This document shows, piece by piece, positions 18,974 through 29,754 of a stretch of DNA of 64,000 bases. The stretch covers positions 28,168 to 92,167 of the forward strand of contig CAJMLV010000004.1 in assembly GCA_905214345.1 (NCBI GenBank), written 5' to 3'. A program made the position numbers and the translations under genes. Every line of letters starts with the position of its first letter. The first letter of the stretch is position 1. Below the pieces are notes generated by a model that was not told where the DNA came from, searched no databases, and was given only the letters and a program-made list of their open reading frames with translations. The DNA comes from an uncultured bacterium. GTDB taxonomy: Bacteria > Bacillota > Clostridia > Oscillospirales > Ruminococcaceae.

Positions 18974-19630
18974 ATGAATAAAAAGATTGCACTGCTCCTG
19001 GGGCTGGCCGGATTTGTACTGTTGCTGGCAGTGGCCGGGGGATTGTACAGTACCCTCAGCGCAGATAATACCCCCCACACTCTGCTGGCTGCCCAGGCCA
19101 CCCCTGTACCGGCCGCCTCCACACCGGAAGAAGGGCAGAATGCCCCGGAAGCCACCGCGGAACCCCAGCCGGAGGAAGGTGAGGAAGAGGCGGAGGAAGA
19201 AGAAACCGCCGTGCAGACGGCACCGGATTTTACCGTCTACGATGCCGAGGGCAACGCCGTGAATCTGTCTGATTTTGCAGGTAAACCGATCGTGGTCAAC
19301 TTCTGGGCCAGCTGGTGCGGTCCCTGCAAGAGCGAGATGGACGACTTCGAGCAGGCTTATCAGGAACTGGGGGAAGATGTACAGTTCCTGATGGTGAACA
19401 TGACCGACGGCTCCCGGGAAACGGTGGACACCGCCTCCGACTTTGTGGCGGAACAGGGGTATACCTTCCCGGTATACTTTGATACCCAATCCGATGCCGC
19501 GCTGACCTACTCGGTCTACTCGCTGCCCTCCACCTACTTCATCGACGCCGAGGGCGGGGCTGTTGCCCGGGCTGTGGGGGCCATCGACCGGGATACCCTG
19601 CAGACCGGCATTGACATGATCCTGCCGTGA
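18974..19630 (+). CDS. TlpA/ResA-like membrane-anchored thiol-disulfide oxidoreductase
   Basis: N-terminal TM anchor, an acidic/Pro linker, and a thioredoxin fold with WCGPC. Confidence 0.8.
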   Translation: MNKKIALLLGLAGFVLLLAVAGGLYSTLSADNTPHTLLAAQATPVPAASTPEEGQNAPEATAEPQPEEGEEEAEEEETAVQTAPDFTVYDAEGNAVNLSDFAGKPIVVNFWASWCGPCKSEMDDFEQAYQELGEDVQFLMVNMTDGSRETVDTASDFVAEQGYTFPVYFDTQSDAALTYSVYSLPSTYFIDAEGGAVARAVGAIDRDTLQTGIDMILP

Positions 19631-19655
19631 ACATGGGCATAATGACGGGCTTTTA

Positions 19656-19684
19656 TTGACATTTCCCATCGGCTTTGGTATACT
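19656..19684 (+). promoter_or_regulatory. Sigma-70 promoter of the opp operon
   Basis: TTGACA, 17-nt spacer, TATACT. A leader of about 190 nt follows. Confidence 0.6.
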
Positions 19685-19874
19685 AAACCCAATCGGTTTT
19701 TTCCGCAAAGATGCTGCCGAGGGTCGACGGGCTCAAGGCATTTCAAGGGCAAACAGTGTCCACATGGGTGTGGGCTTGTTTGCTTTTTGTCTTTTTTGGG
19801 GAAAAACGGGCGCACACCCCTGTTTGCCCGGCATCAAGGCCCGACCAGCCAACAAGGAAAGAGAGTGAGACTAT

Positions 19875-21827
19875 ATGAACGTGACGAAAAAGTTCGTCTG
19901 CCTGGCGCTCTCCGGCGCCATGTGCCTGTCTCTGGCGGCCTGCGGCGGCAGCGGCGGCAGCACCACCGCAGAGGGAGCGGCGGTCTACCGTGAGCTGTAT
20001 TCCAATGAGGTCACCACCCTGAACTACCTGACCACCAGCCTGACCAACGAGTACAAGATCGGTGCCAACGTGGTGGATTGCCTGGTGGAGTACGACTCCT
20101 ACGGCAACATCATCCCGTCTCTGGCTGAAAGCTGGGAGAGCAACGAGGACATGACCCAGTGGACCTTCCACATCCGCCAGGGTGTGAAGTGGGTGGACAA
20201 GGACGGCAACGAAGTCGCCGACGTCACCGCCAACGACTGGGTGTCCACCGCCCATTATGTAAATGATGCTCATAACTCGGCGGATAACCAGTACATGTAT
20301 TCCACCGGCGCCGTGGTGCACAATGCCCAGGCCTACTATGACTACACCGCCTACCTGCTGACCCTGGAGACCCTGGGACTGGCCACCGGTGAAAACGCCG
20401 TGGACGACACCGGCGAACCCATCGAAGTGGTGGACCCGGTGGAAGCCGACAGCATCGGTGTGCAGGCAGTGGATGATTACACCCTGGTCTATACCCTGGA
20501 TCAGCCCTGCCCCTTCTTCCTGAGCGTTCTGTCCTACACCTCTTATATGCCGGTGTACGGACCCTTTCTGGAAGAGTGCGGCGACCAGTTTGGCCTGGAC
20601 AACGAGAACCTGCTGTACAACGGTGCCTTCATCCTGTCCAGCTATCTGCCTCAGCAGGAGCGTATTCTGACCAAGAACCAGAGCTACTGGGACAAGGACA
20701 ACGTCTTTATTGACGAGATCCGCCAGATCTACAACGCCGAAGCCATCAACGTCAGTGTTTCCATGTATCAGGCGGACGAAAGCGATTATGCGGCTGTGCC
20801 TTCCGACCTGCTGGACGCCATGCTGGCCGATGAAAGCACTGCCAGCCTGGTGCACGGTTCCCGCCCGGACGTTTCCTTCAGCTACTTCTACAGCTTCAAC
20901 TTCGACCCGCATTTTGATGAGCAGTACGAGCCGGAAAACTGGAAGATCGCCGTCAACAACGAAAACTTCCGTAAGGCTGTCATGGCGGCTCTGGACCGTG
21001 TGAAGGCCCTGACCGTCAGCGAACCCTATAACCCCTCCGACCTGCTGAACAACACCATCACCCCCGCCAACTTTGCGGTGGGCGACGGCAAGGATTATAC
21101 CCAGTACGATGCCCTGGTCTCTTACACCGAAGGCGACAGCTTCGACGCCGCCAAGGCGGTGGAGTACCGGGATGCCGCCAAAGCGGAACTGACTGCCGCG
21201 GGTGCGACTTTCCCCATCAAGGTGCTCATGCCCTACAACCCCAGCACCGCCAACTGGGATAAGGAATGTCAGGTTGTGGAACAGCAGATCGAAGGAGTGC
21301 TGGGTACCGACTTCATCGACATCATCGTCCAGGCTGGTCCCGAGACCGGATTCCTCTCTGCGGTGCGCCGCAGCGGCGACTATGCCCTGATGAAGTGCAA
21401 CTGGGGTGCAGACTACGCCGATCCCCAGACCTGGACCGAACCTTTTGTGGATACCAACACCTACGGCTACTGGAACCTGAGCGAAGACCCCGATACCCAG
21501 GCCCTGTTCGCCGAGTACATGGCCAAGGTGGAGGAAGCCAAGTCCATCTACAACGATGACGCCGCCCGCTACACCGCCTTTGCGGAAGCCGAAGCCCTGC
21601 TGATCGAGCATGCCATTGCCATTCCCTTCAGCGTTTCTTCCGGCGACGGGTACATCATCTGCGACCTGAACCCGCTGGAAGGGGAGTATGCTCCCTACGG
21701 CGTGGCCCCGCAGCGCTACAAGTACCAGAAGCTGTATGACACTTCCATGAGCATGGAAGAATTTGAGACCGCTTACGCTGCCTGGAAGGAATCCCGTGCC
21801 CAGGCCATTGCCGCAGCGGCCGAATAA
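19875..21827 (+). CDS. oppA: Oligopeptide ABC transporter substrate-binding lipoprotein (family 5)
   Basis: Lipobox LAACG. 650 aa SBP_bac_5-like. Confidence 0.85.
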   Translation: MNVTKKFVCLALSGAMCLSLAACGGSGGSTTAEGAAVYRELYSNEVTTLNYLTTSLTNEYKIGANVVDCLVEYDSYGNIIPSLAESWESNEDMTQWTFHIRQGVKWVDKDGNEVADVTANDWVSTAHYVNDAHNSADNQYMYSTGAVVHNAQAYYDYTAYLLTLETLGLATGENAVDDTGEPIEVVDPVEADSIGVQAVDDYTLVYTLDQPCPFFLSVLSYTSYMPVYGPFLEECGDQFGLDNENLLYNGAFILSSYLPQQERILTKNQSYWDKDNVFIDEIRQIYNAEAINVSVSMYQADESDYAAVPSDLLDAMLADESTASLVHGSRPDVSFSYFYSFNFDPHFDEQYEPENWKIAVNNENFRKAVMAALDRVKALTVSEPYNPSDLLNNTITPANFAVGDGKDYTQYDALVSYTEGDSFDAAKAVEYRDAAKAELTAAGATFPIKVLMPYNPSTANWDKECQVVEQQIEGVLGTDFIDIIVQAGPETGFLSAVRRSGDYALMKCNWGADYADPQTWTEPFVDTNTYGYWNLSEDPDTQALFAEYMAKVEEAKSIYNDDAARYTAFAEAEALLIEHAIAIPFSVSSGDGYIICDLNPLEGEYAPYGVAPQRYKYQKLYDTSMSMEEFETAYAAWKESRAQAIAAAAE

Positions 21828-21984
21828 CCATTTCAAAACCGCAATTTTCCGCCGCGCCGGTGCATTTTGTGCCGGCGCGGCGCGTGCGGTTTTGCGGCGG
21901 GGCCCGTGGTACCACGGACTCCGCCGCAAGGCCGTACCAACGGCCGAAGTATTAGAAGTTTAACACGGAAAGGGGAAGGACCCA

Positions 21985-22935
21985 TTGGCCAAGTACATGC
22001 TCAAGCGTGTGCTGCACGCGCTGGTGACCTTGTGCATTGTCATCGTCATCGTCCTTGTGCTGCTGCGCCAGATGCCGATCGAGGGCTACTTCAACAATTT
22101 TGACAAACTCAGCGATGCGCAGATCAAGGTAGGCCTGCAGCAGCTTGGTTTGACCGACCCGCTGCCCAAGCAGGTGCTCAATTACTTTGTGCAGCTGCTG
22201 CATGGGGACCTGGGCACCTCCAACAAATACCGGGAAGGCTATTCCATTGCCAAGATCATCGCCCAGAAAGCCCCCATCTCCATCCAGATCGGGCTTATCA
22301 GCTTTGCGGTGTCCCTTGCGGTGGGCCTGCCCCTGGGCATCCTCATGGCCCGGTCCACCCGCACCCGCCTGAAGGTGTGGGACAAGATCGGTACCGTGCT
22401 CATCGTGGTGGTGCAGGCGGTTCCCTCGGCAGTGTACCACCTGCTGATCCAACTGTACGGCAGCGAACTTCTGGGTGTTTCCATGCTGTTCAATACCCGC
22501 AACGCCGCCACCTGGATTCTGCCTATCTTCTCCCTTTCCATCGGCAATATTGCTTATTACGCCATGTGGCTGCGCCGCTATATGGTGGACGAATCCAACA
22601 AGGATTATATCCGTCTGGCGCGGGCCAAGGGTGTGCCTGCCGCCCGCATCAGCCGCAGCCATGTGTTCCGCAATGCCATTGTGCCGCTGGTGCAGTACAT
22701 TCCCAACTCCATCCTCTTCACCCTCATGGGGTCCCTGTATGTGGAAAGCCTGTATTCCATCCCCGGCATGGGCGGCCTGCTGGTGCAGGTCATCAAGCTG
22801 CAGGACAACACCATGGTGCAGGCGCTGGTTTTGATCTACGCCTCCGTGTCGGTACTGGGCCTGCTCTTCGGTGACCTGCTCATGGCCCTGGTAGACCCGC
22901 GAATCAGTTTCACTGCAAAGGAGGGGGCGCGCTGA
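21985..22935 (+). CDS. oppB: Oligopeptide ABC permease OppB
   Basis: Six-TM permease with a DppB/OppB N-terminus. TTG start; the alternative ATG is at 21997. Confidence 0.8.
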   Translation: MAKYMLKRVLHALVTLCIVIVIVLVLLRQMPIEGYFNNFDKLSDAQIKVGLQQLGLTDPLPKQVLNYFVQLLHGDLGTSNKYREGYSIAKIIAQKAPISIQIGLISFAVSLAVGLPLGILMARSTRTRLKVWDKIGTVLIVVVQAVPSAVYHLLIQLYGSELLGVSMLFNTRNAATWILPIFSLSIGNIAYYAMWLRRYMVDESNKDYIRLARAKGVPAARISRSHVFRNAIVPLVQYIPNSILFTLMGSLYVESLYSIPGMGGLLVQVIKLQDNTMVQALVLIYASVSVLGLLFGDLLMALVDPRISFTAKEGAR

Positions 22936-23963
22936 TGACATTCCGCAGCATGAAAACCGCACAGCTGGAAGCGGCGCTGAACGAAGAACTGAAAAAGCAG
23001 ACCGACCCCACCGCCGCTTATGCGGACCTGCCGGAGGAGGAACTCTTTACCCCCGCCGACTTCGACCATTCCCGGGCGGAACGGGGCGGCTATTCCAACT
23101 ATTCCTACTGGGGCGCCACCCTGCGTTCCTTCTTCAAGAATAAGGTGGCGGTGTTTTTCCTCTGTGTGATCGTGGTGGTGGTGGCCTTTACCTTCATCCA
23201 GCCCCTGCTGCCCGGCCAGCATGACCCCAAGACCATCAACAACGACCCCGCCACCGGGGTGCAGATCATCAACCGCGCGCCGGACTCCGAATTCTGGTTC
23301 GGCACCAACTCCATCGGCCAGGACCTGTGGGCACGCACCTGGGCAGGTACCCGCACCTCACTGGGCATCGGCCTGGCGGTGGCCTGCTTTGAAGCACTCT
23401 TCGGTACTTTTATCGGTGTGCTGTGGGGGTATGTGCGCAAGCTGGATACCTTCTTTACCGAGCTGTACAATATCTTCGATAACGTTCCCCAAACTCTGGT
23501 ACTGATTTTGGTTTCCTACATCATGAACCCCGGCGTGGGCACCATCATTTTTGCTTTGTGCCTCACCGGCTGGCTGGGCATGGCCCGGTTCATCCGCAAC
23601 CAGATCGTCATTATCCGGGACCGGGATTACAACCTGGCGTCCCGCTGCCTGGGCACCACCACCGGCCGCATCGTCACCAAAAACCTGCTGCCGTATCTGG
23701 TTTCGGTCATTGCCCTGCGCATGTCCCTGGCCATTCCCGCGGCCATCGGCAACGAGGTATTCGTTACTTATATCGGCATCGGCCTGCCCACCGACATTCC
23801 CTCCCTGGGCAACCTGGTCCAGGCGGGGCGCTTGCTCATGAGCCAGCCCAGCCTGCGCTACCAGCTGCTGTTCCCCACGGCGGTGCTGGCCCTCATCACC
23901 ATCAGCCTGTACGTGGTCGGCAATGCTTTTGCGGATGCCGCCGACCCCAAAAATCATGTGTAA
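22935..23963 (+). CDS. oppC: Oligopeptide ABC permease OppC
   Basis: OppC-type N-terminal extension plus a six-TM permease. Start overlaps the oppB stop. Confidence 0.8.
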   Translation: MTFRSMKTAQLEAALNEELKKQTDPTAAYADLPEEELFTPADFDHSRAERGGYSNYSYWGATLRSFFKNKVAVFFLCVIVVVVAFTFIQPLLPGQHDPKTINNDPATGVQIINRAPDSEFWFGTNSIGQDLWARTWAGTRTSLGIGLAVACFEALFGTFIGVLWGYVRKLDTFFTELYNIFDNVPQTLVLILVSYIMNPGVGTIIFALCLTGWLGMARFIRNQIVIIRDRDYNLASRCLGTTTGRIVTKNLLPYLVSVIALRMSLAIPAAIGNEVFVTYIGIGLPTDIPSLGNLVQAGRLLMSQPSLRYQLLFPTAVLALITISLYVVGNAFADAADPKNHV

Positions 23964-23976
23964 GGAGGACACCGTC

Positions 23977-25050
23977 ATGCAGCAAAACGATACGGTCCTT
24001 CTTTCTGTACAGGACCTCAACTTCAAGTTCACCCTGCGCGGGCAGACTCTCCACGCCATCCGGGGCATCTCCCTGGATGTGTACAAGGGCGAAAGCCTGG
24101 CCATTGTGGGGGAATCCGGTTCCGGCAAAAGCGTGCTGGTCAAGACCCTCATGGGCCTGAACGACCAGAACGGCTATATCGAAAGCGGCAAGATCCTGTA
24201 CAACGGCCAGGACCTGGCCACTTTCACCAGCGACAAGCAGTGGCAGGCCATCCGCGGCCGGGAATTTGCCATGGTCCTGCAGGACCCCATGACCAGCCTG
24301 AATCCCCTCAAGACCATCGGCTGGCAAATCAAGGAGGCGCTGGAACTTCACCAGGGCCTGCGTGGGGCTGCTGCGGATGCCGCCGTCTGCGAACTGCTGG
24401 CGGAAGTGGGCATCCCAGAACCCCAGCGCCGTGCCAAGCAGTATCCCCATGAATTCTCCGGCGGTATGCGCCAGCGTGTGGTCATCGCCATCGCCATGGC
24501 CTGCCGGCCCAAAATTCTGATCTGTGACGAGCCCACCACCGCCCTGGATGTGACCATCCAGGCCCAGATTCTGGGGCTCATTAAGAACATGCAGAAGAAA
24601 TACGACCTGACCACCATCTACATCACCCATGATCTGGGTGTGGTAGCCAACGTGGCCGACCGCATCGCCGTCATGTACGCCGGTGATATTGTGGAAGTGG
24701 GCCGCTGCGCCGAGGTGTTCTACGACCCCCGTCATCCCTATACCTGGGCGCTGCTGTCCAGCCTGCCCCAGCTGGGGGTCAAGGGCGAACCCCTCTATTC
24801 CATCGAAGGCACTCCGCCCAACCTCTTCCATGAGGTACACGGCGACGCCTTCGCGCCGCGCAACCCCCAGGCGCTGAAGATCGACTTTGTCAAGCGCCCG
24901 CCCATGTTCGAGGTCACCCCCACCCACCGGGCACGCACCTGGCTGCTGGACCCCCGGGCGCCCAAGGTGGAACCGCCCGAACACATCCGCGCCCTGCGGG
25001 AAAAGGGCCGCGCACTGAAACTGACAGGGGAGGGGACTGCCGATGCCTGA
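23977..25050 (+). CDS. oppD: Oligopeptide ABC ATP-binding protein OppD
   Basis: Walker A GESGSGKS with an oligopeptide C-terminal domain. RBS AGGAGG. Confidence 0.85.
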   Translation: MQQNDTVLLSVQDLNFKFTLRGQTLHAIRGISLDVYKGESLAIVGESGSGKSVLVKTLMGLNDQNGYIESGKILYNGQDLATFTSDKQWQAIRGREFAMVLQDPMTSLNPLKTIGWQIKEALELHQGLRGAAADAAVCELLAEVGIPEPQRRAKQYPHEFSGGMRQRVVIAIAMACRPKILICDEPTTALDVTIQAQILGLIKNMQKKYDLTTIYITHDLGVVANVADRIAVMYAGDIVEVGRCAEVFYDPRHPYTWALLSSLPQLGVKGEPLYSIEGTPPNLFHEVHGDAFAPRNPQALKIDFVKRPPMFEVTPTHRARTWLLDPRAPKVEPPEHIRALREKGRALKLTGEGTADA

Positions 25051-25987
25051 TACACGCAAGAAACTGCTGGAACTGGACCATGTGCGGGTGCAGTTCGGCA
25101 AAAAGCGCCGTCCCTTTGTGGCGGTGAAGGATGTTTCCTTCGACATCTACCAGGGCGAGACCTTCGGCCTGGTGGGGGAATCCGGTTCCGGCAAGACCAC
25201 CATCGGCCGTGCCATCATCCGGGCCAACCCGGTGGCAGCCGGTGAGATCCGCTTTGACGGCCGCCGCATTTCCGGCAAATTGTCGCCTCAGGAGGATCGC
25301 CAGGTCACCCGGGACATCCAGATGATCTTCCAGGACCCCATGAGTTCCCTGAACGAGCGCGCCAAGGTTGGCTATATCGTTTCCGAGGGGCTGTATGCCC
25401 CCGGGCACCATCTCACCGAGGAACAGCGCCGGGAAAAGGTAAACAAGGCACTTTCGGACGTGGGTCTGCTGCCGGAGTTTGCCTCCCGCTTCCCCCATGA
25501 ATTTTCCGGCGGCCAGCGCCAGCGTATCGGGATTGCCCGGGCGCTCATTATGGAGCCGAAATTCATCGTGGCGGACGAACCCATCTCCGCCCTGGATGTG
25601 TCCATCCGGGCCCAGGTGCTCAACCTGCTCTCCGCCTTACAGAAGGAGCGGGGACTGACTTATCTGTTCATTGCCCACGACCTCTCGGTGGTGCGGTTCA
25701 TCTGTGACCGCATTGCGGTCATCCATAAGGGTGATATTGTGGAGCTGGCCGAAAGCGAACAGCTGTTTGCCCATCCGCTGCACCCCTATACCCGGGCACT
25801 GCTGTCCGCCATTCCCCAGCCGGACCCCATTGCGGAGCGCAACAAGAAGCTGCTGGTGTACGACCCGTCCTGCCATGATTACACTCGGGACCTGCCCCAG
25901 TGGTGCGAGATCGAACCCGGCCATTTTGTGCTGGGCAACCAGAAGGAACTGGACGGCTACCGGGAATCCCTGGTCAAAGCCGAATGA
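25043..25987 (+). CDS. oppF: Oligopeptide ABC ATP-binding protein OppF
   Basis: Walker [10 protein letters not shown]. Start overlaps the oppD stop. Confidence 0.85.
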   Translation: MPDTRKKLLELDHVRVQFGKKRRPFVAVKDVSFDIYQGETFGLVGESGSGKTTIGRAIIRANPVAAGEIRFDGRRISGKLSPQEDRQVTRDIQMIFQDPMSSLNERAKVGYIVSEGLYAPGHHLTEEQRREKVNKALSDVGLLPEFASRFPHEFSGGQRQRIGIARALIMEPKFIVADEPISALDVSIRAQVLNLLSALQKERGLTYLFIAHDLSVVRFICDRIAVIHKGDIVELAESEQLFAHPLHPYTRALLSAIPQPDPIAERNKKLLVYDPSCHDYTRDLPQWCEIEPGHFVLGNQKELDGYRESLVKAE

Positions 25988-26007
25988 CCGCCGACAAGGA
26001 GGGCTCT

Positions 26008-26847
26008 ATGCAAGCCATTATCAATCGTTCCATCTGCCCGTTGTATGACGAAGCGGCAGCCTGCGCCGCCAACCCGGGGGAAGCCTGCGTCACCGACGAA
26101 GCGTTGCTTGGCATGCCGGTGGAGATCACCGGGGAAGCTGACGAGCTGGGACGCCTTCCCATCAAGACCTTCTACGGCTATCCCGGCCGTGTACAGGCGC
26201 AAGACCTGGTGCAGGGCAAAGCCGCCGAATCCTTTATGGCGCTGCCCCAGAAAGTCGTGCTGCACAAAAACTTTGTGGATGTGCTGGCCGAGCCCAAGGT
26301 GCAGGGCGCGTATGTGATGACCGGAATTCCCCGGGGCGCCCGGCTGGCCATCTGCGGCGAAGCCGCCGACGGCTGGCAGCCGGTGCAGCTGCCCGACGGC
26401 CGCAAGGGCTATGTGTGCGAAAGCGCCCTGGATACCCTGTGGCAGGCTCCTTGCGCCGAGAACCACCGGGAACTGCGCAAGGCTCTGACCGCCGCCGCCC
26501 GCCTGTATGCAGGCACCCAGTACCGCTGGGGCGGCAAGACCCCCATGGGCATTGACTGCTCGGGGCTGTGCAGCATGGCATATCTGCTGTGCGGCATCGT
26601 CATCTGGCGGGACGCCCATATCAAGGAAGGTTATCCCATCCATGAGATTCCCCTCTCCGAGATCCGCGCCGGGGACCTGCTCTATTTCCCGGGGCATGTG
26701 GCTATGTACCTGGGCGGCGGAGAATATATCCATTCCACCGGCCGGGCGGGGGATAACGGCGTGACCATCAACAGCCTGTACCCCGAAGCCTCCAACTACC
26801 GGGCGGACCTGCCCGGGCAGATCACCGCCGTGGGCAGCTATTTCTGA
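26008..26847 (+). CDS. Cytoplasmic NlpC/P60 peptidase with N-terminal SH3b domain (YkfC-like gamma-D-Glu-L-diamino acid endopeptidase)
   Basis: No signal peptide. Cys-His catalytic pair (GIDCSGL ... YIHST). Last gene of the opp operon. RBS AAGGAGGG. Confidence 0.75.
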   Translation: MQAIINRSICPLYDEAAACAANPGEACVTDEALLGMPVEITGEADELGRLPIKTFYGYPGRVQAQDLVQGKAAESFMALPQKVVLHKNFVDVLAEPKVQGAYVMTGIPRGARLAICGEAADGWQPVQLPDGRKGYVCESALDTLWQAPCAENHRELRKALTAAARLYAGTQYRWGGKTPMGIDCSGLCSMAYLLCGIVIWRDAHIKEGYPIHEIPLSEIRAGDLLYFPGHVAMYLGGGEYIHSTGRAGDNGVTINSLYPEASNYRADLPGQITAVGSYF

Positions 26848-26878
26848 GCCTGCATTTCTGCCAAGACGCCGATATAAC

Positions 26879-26935
26879 AAAACCACCCCTGCGCAGCGGC
26901 CTTCCGGTCGTTCTGCGCGGGGGTGGTTTGATTTT
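26879..26935. terminator. Bidirectional terminator between opp operon and pnp
   Basis: Long imperfect hairpin CCACCCCTGCGCAG...CTGCGCGGGGGTGG with flanking T/A runs. Confidence 0.7.
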
Positions 26936-26958
26936 ACGGGTTACACGGGGCAGTCAGA

Positions 26959-29103
26959 TTACTGCTTGGCCTGCTCGGCGCGCTTCTTGGCGATGGCAGC
27001 CACAGCGTCCTTGCGGGACAGGTTGATGCGGCCCTGCTGGTCGATGTCGGTGACCATGACGTAGATGGGATCACCCACAGCCACAACGTCTTCCACGTGT
27101 TCCACGCGGTGGTCGTCCAGCTTGGAGATGTGAACCAGGCCTTCTTTGCCCGGGGCAATCTCAACAAAGGCGCCGAAGTTCATCAGACGGGTCACGCGGC
27201 CCTTGTAGATGGCGCCCACTTCGGGATCTTCCACAATGGTCTTGATGGTGGAGATGGCGCGCTTGGCATCGTCCAGATCAATGGCAGAGATGAAGACGTG
27301 GCCGTCCTCCTCAATGTCGATCTTGCAGTTGAAGTTGGCGCACATTTCCTGGATGACCTTGCCGCCCTTGCCGATGACGTCCTTGATCTTGTCAACGGGG
27401 ATCTGCATGCTGAACATCTTGGGAGCGTACTTGGACAGTTCCTTGCGGGGCTCGGCAATGCAGGGCTTGATGATCTCGTCCAGAATGTACAGACGGCCCT
27501 TGCGGCACTTCTCCAGGGCTTCTTCCACGATCTCATAGGTCAGACCGTCGATCTTGATGTCCATCTGGATGGCGGTGATGCCGCGGCGGGTGCCGCCTAC
27601 CTTGAAGTCCATGTCGCCGTGGAAGTCTTCCACGCCCTGGATGTCCAGCATGGTCATCCAGCGGTCGCCTTCAGTGATCAGGCCGCAGGAGATACCGGCA
27701 ACGGGAGCCTTGATGGGCACGCCGGCGTCCATCAGAGCCAGGGTGGAACCGCAGATGGAAGCCTGAGAGGTGGAGCCGTTGGAGGACATGATCTCAGACA
27801 CGCAGCGGATGGTGTAGGGGAACTCCTCCATGGAGGGCAGAACGGGGATCAGAGCGCGTTCCGCCAGAGCGCCGTGGCCGATCTCGCGGCGGCCGGGGCT
27901 GCGGGGAGCGCGGGCCTCGCCGGTGGAGTACGGGGGCATGTTGTAGTGGTGGATGTAGCGCTTGGTGGGCATATCACCCAGGTCATCCATGGTCTGGGCG
28001 TCGCGGGTGGAGCCCAGAGTGCAGATGGTCAGGCTCTGGGTCTGGCCGCGGGTGAACAGGCCGGAGCCATGCACGCGGGGCAGCAGGCCCACTTCGGCGT
28101 TCAGGGGACGGATCTCGTTGATGCCGCGGCCGTCCACGCGCTTGCCTTCATCCAGCAGCCAGCGGCGCACCACGTACTTCTGCATCTTGTAGCTGATCAG
28201 GTCCAGGGTAGCGGCGTCCAGGTCGGGATGCTCTTCCGCAATCTTGTCCATAATGGGCAGCAGAGCGGCGTCGCGCACGTTCTTGTCGTCGGTGTCCATG
28301 GCGGCCTTGAACTCGTCCAGATGAGCGGCGCTGATCTCCTTCAGCAGGTCGTAGTCCAGATCCATGGAGGTGAACTCGATCTTCGGCTTGCCGATCTCGG
28401 CCACGATGCCGTTGATGAAGGCCAGCATCTTCTTGATTTCGGCATGGCCGGCCTTGATGGCGGCCATCATGGTGGCTTCGTCCACCTCGTTGGCGCCGGC
28501 TTCGATCATCACGATCTTGTCCATGCTGGCGGCCAGGGTCAGGGACAGGTCGCTCACATCACGCTGGGCCTTGGTGGGGTTCAGCACGATCTCGCCGTCC
28601 ACCAGGCCGACGGAGATGCCCGCGATGGGGCCCTTCCAGGGAATGTCGGACATGGCGATGGCCAGAGAAGCGCCGTTCATGCCGGCAATCTCGGCGGAGT
28701 TGTCCGGGTCTAGGCTCATGACGGTCATGGTCACGCAGACGTCATTGCGCATGTCCTTGGGGAACAGGGGACGGATGGGACGGTCCACCACGCGGCTGGA
28801 CAGGATGGCGTGTTCGCCGGGGCGGCCCTCACGGCGCATGAAGCTGCCGGGAATACGGCCGGCGGCGTACAGCTTTTCCTCGAACTCAACGCTTAGGGGG
28901 AAGAAGTCGATGCCGTCCCGGGGCTTTTCGCTCATGGTCACGTTGCACAGCACGCAGGTCTCGCCATAGCGGATCATCGCGCTGCCGTTGGCCAGACCGC
29001 ACAGCTTGCCGGTCTCCACCACGAACGGGCGCCCCGCAAAGGTGGTTTCGAACTTGCGGTAGTTGGGGAAGGTCTCTTTGCGGGAAGAAAATTCCAGTGC
29101 CAT
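26959..29103 (-). CDS. pnp: Polyribonucleotide nucleotidyltransferase (PNPase)
   Basis: Two RNase PH domains, KH and S1 domains. ATG at 29103 with RBS GAAGGAG. The upstream extension in the ORF track is rejected. Confidence 0.9.
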   Translation of the reverse strand: MALEFSSRKETFPNYRKFETTFAGRPFVVETGKLCGLANGSAMIRYGETCVLCNVTMSEKPRDGIDFFPLSVEFEEKLYAAGRIPGSFMRREGRPGEHAILSSRVVDRPIRPLFPKDMRNDVCVTMTVMSLDPDNSAEIAGMNGASLAIAMSDIPWKGPIAGISVGLVDGEIVLNPTKAQRDVSDLSLTLAASMDKIVMIEAGANEVDEATMMAAIKAGHAEIKKMLAFINGIVAEIGKPKIEFTSMDLDYDLLKEISAAHLDEFKAAMDTDDKNVRDAALLPIMDKIAEEHPDLDAATLDLISYKMQKYVVRRWLLDEGKRVDGRGINEIRPLNAEVGLLPRVHGSGLFTRGQTQSLTICTLGSTRDAQTMDDLGDMPTKRYIHHYNMPPYSTGEARAPRSPGRREIGHGALAERALIPVLPSMEEFPYTIRCVSEIMSSNGSTSQASICGSTLALMDAGVPIKAPVAGISCGLITEGDRWMTMLDIQGVEDFHGDMDFKVGGTRRGITAIQMDIKIDGLTYEIVEEALEKCRKGRLYILDEIIKPCIAEPRKELSKYAPKMFSMQIPVDKIKDVIGKGGKVIQEMCANFNCKIDIEEDGHVFISAIDLDDAKRAISTIKTIVEDPEVGAIYKGRVTRLMNFGAFVEIAPGKEGLVHISKLDDHRVEHVEDVVAVGDPIYVMVTDIDQQGRINLSRKDAVAAIAKKRAEQAKQ

Positions 29104-29257
29104 AGTGTTTTCTCCTTCATGGATATATTTCCAAGGCGCCTGTGCTTTGAGCAATAAATCCGGCGTCGCCCCGGCGTGACGCGGCGCTCGATTTACTGCA
29201 CAAACCACGGTGTGCCCAAGTCCTGGGGAAAATGGAGTGCAGAGAACCAGAAAATAA

Positions 29258-29295
29258 TAGAAAAAGGCAGGGCGCATCGCAGTGCGCCCTGCCCG
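29258..29295 (-). terminator. rpsO terminator (pnp leader follows)
   Basis: GGGCAGGGCGCA-ctgcga-TGCGCCCTGCC followed by a T-run on the minus strand. Confidence 0.75.
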
Positions 29296-29307
29296 TTTTG
29301 CCAAGAA

Positions 29308-29580
29308 TTACTTGCGCAGGCCCAGTTCAGCGATCAGGGCGCGGTAACGGTTGATGTCCTTCTTCTGCAGATAGGCCAGCAGGTTACGGCGGCGGCCGAC
29401 CATCTTGAACAGACCACGACGGCTGTGGTTGTCGTTCTTGTTGCTCTTCAGGTGCTCGGTCAGGTGATTGATGCGAGCGGTCAGCAGAGCGACCTGAACT
29501 TCCGGAGAACCGGTGTCACCCTCGTGGATGGCGGCTTTGGCGATGATGGGCTGCTTTTCAATGGCAGACTTCTGGCTCAT
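29308..29580 (-). CDS. rpsO: 30S ribosomal protein S15
   Basis: 89 aa (MSQKSAIEK...[10 protein letters not shown]). ORF-track N-terminal extension rejected. Confidence 0.9.
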   Translation of the reverse strand: MSQKSAIEKQPIIAKAAIHEGDTGSPEVQVALLTARINHLTEHLKSNKNDNHSRRGLFKMVGRRRNLLAYLQKKDINRYRALIAELGLRK

Positions 29581-29754
29581 GGGAAAATACCTCTCTTTCA
29601 AAAATTGGCCGACGGCACAGCAGCGGGCAACAAGGCGTCCCCAATATGGGGCATACACCCGGAACCGAACCGCGGTAACGCTAGTTATTATATCATACGC
29701 CGACGTTATTGGCAAGCGCTTTTTTGCCGATGAAGGGCAAAATGAAAAAATGTT

